The translations under genes were made by a program, and so were the position numbers. Under the pieces are notes generated by a model that worked only from the letters and a program-made list of their open reading frames with translations, was not told where the DNA came from and searched no databases. DNA of 18,999 nt, taken from contig NW_021824378.1 in the NCBI RefSeq assembly GCF_006345805.1, positions 1 through 18,999 of the forward strand. The letters are read 5' to 3'. Numbering within the stretch: position 1 is the first letter of the stretch; each line of letters opens with the position of its first letter. Shown piece by piece: positions 18,835 to 18,999 of this stretch. The stretch is from Octopus sinensis (Eukaryota).

Positions 18835-18980
18835 TATATATATACCAAATCCACTCACAAGGCTTGGTTGGCCGTGGCTATAGTAGAAAGCACTGGCCCA
18901 AGGTGCTACGCGGTGGCCACTGAACCGGGAACCATGTGGTTGGTAAGCAAGCTTCTTACCACACAGCCACTCCTGCGCCT
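18324..18980 (-). mobile_element. SINE family A (tail 18324-18480, head 18844-18980) with insertions in its central (TA)n
   Basis: Tail GGCCATGCTGGAACACTGCCTTTAGTC...GGACTTATTCTTTGTAAGCCTAGTAC and head TACCAAATCCACTCACAAGGC...ACCACACAGCCACTCCTGCGCCT are in the expected order and orientation. Confidence 0.75.
18626..18795 (-). mobile_element. Penelope-like short element (family of 3703-3823), hammerhead core deleted, inside (TA)n
   Basis: GGGAGAATT...AAACAAACAGATGTATTAGTATAACGCTCGGGAATTGAAAAAGTCTTTTACGTTTC is the reverse complement of 3722-3823. Confidence 0.7.
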
Positions 18981-18999
18981 ATTATATATATATATCTAT

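Overview
AT-rich, microsatellite-dense eukaryotic non-coding DNA. The repeat families look like those of octopus/coleoid cephalopods; this is recognition from memory, not a database result. No host protein-coding gene can be supported, and almost every ORF in the track is a translated microsatellite or a chance frame through a repeat. The window is a mosaic of mobile DNA: (i) three tRNA-derived SINE families (called A, B, C here, about 20 copies, with swappable tails); (ii) a young 5'-truncated CR1-group LINE with a (TAAC)n tail; (iii) two decayed RLE-type (R4/Dong/NeSL-like) LINE fragments; (iv) two separate RTE 5'UTR+3'-end bipartite non-autonomous elements; (v) a GG-terminal MITE with a perfect 8-bp TSD and internal (CCCTAA)3; (vi) a long-inverted-repeat element followed by a Helitron-like hairpin+CTAG end; (vii) four or five Penelope-like termini carrying minimal type-I hammerhead-like motifs with non-canonical cores (CCGACGA, TCGACAA, CCGACAA, CTGTAGA), mostly next to (TA)n. 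The hammerhead-like cluster, a non-repeat pre-miRNA-like hairpin at 6952-7021 and the bipartite RTE elements are the most worthwhile follow-ups. Most element boundaries are approximate to about 10 bp.
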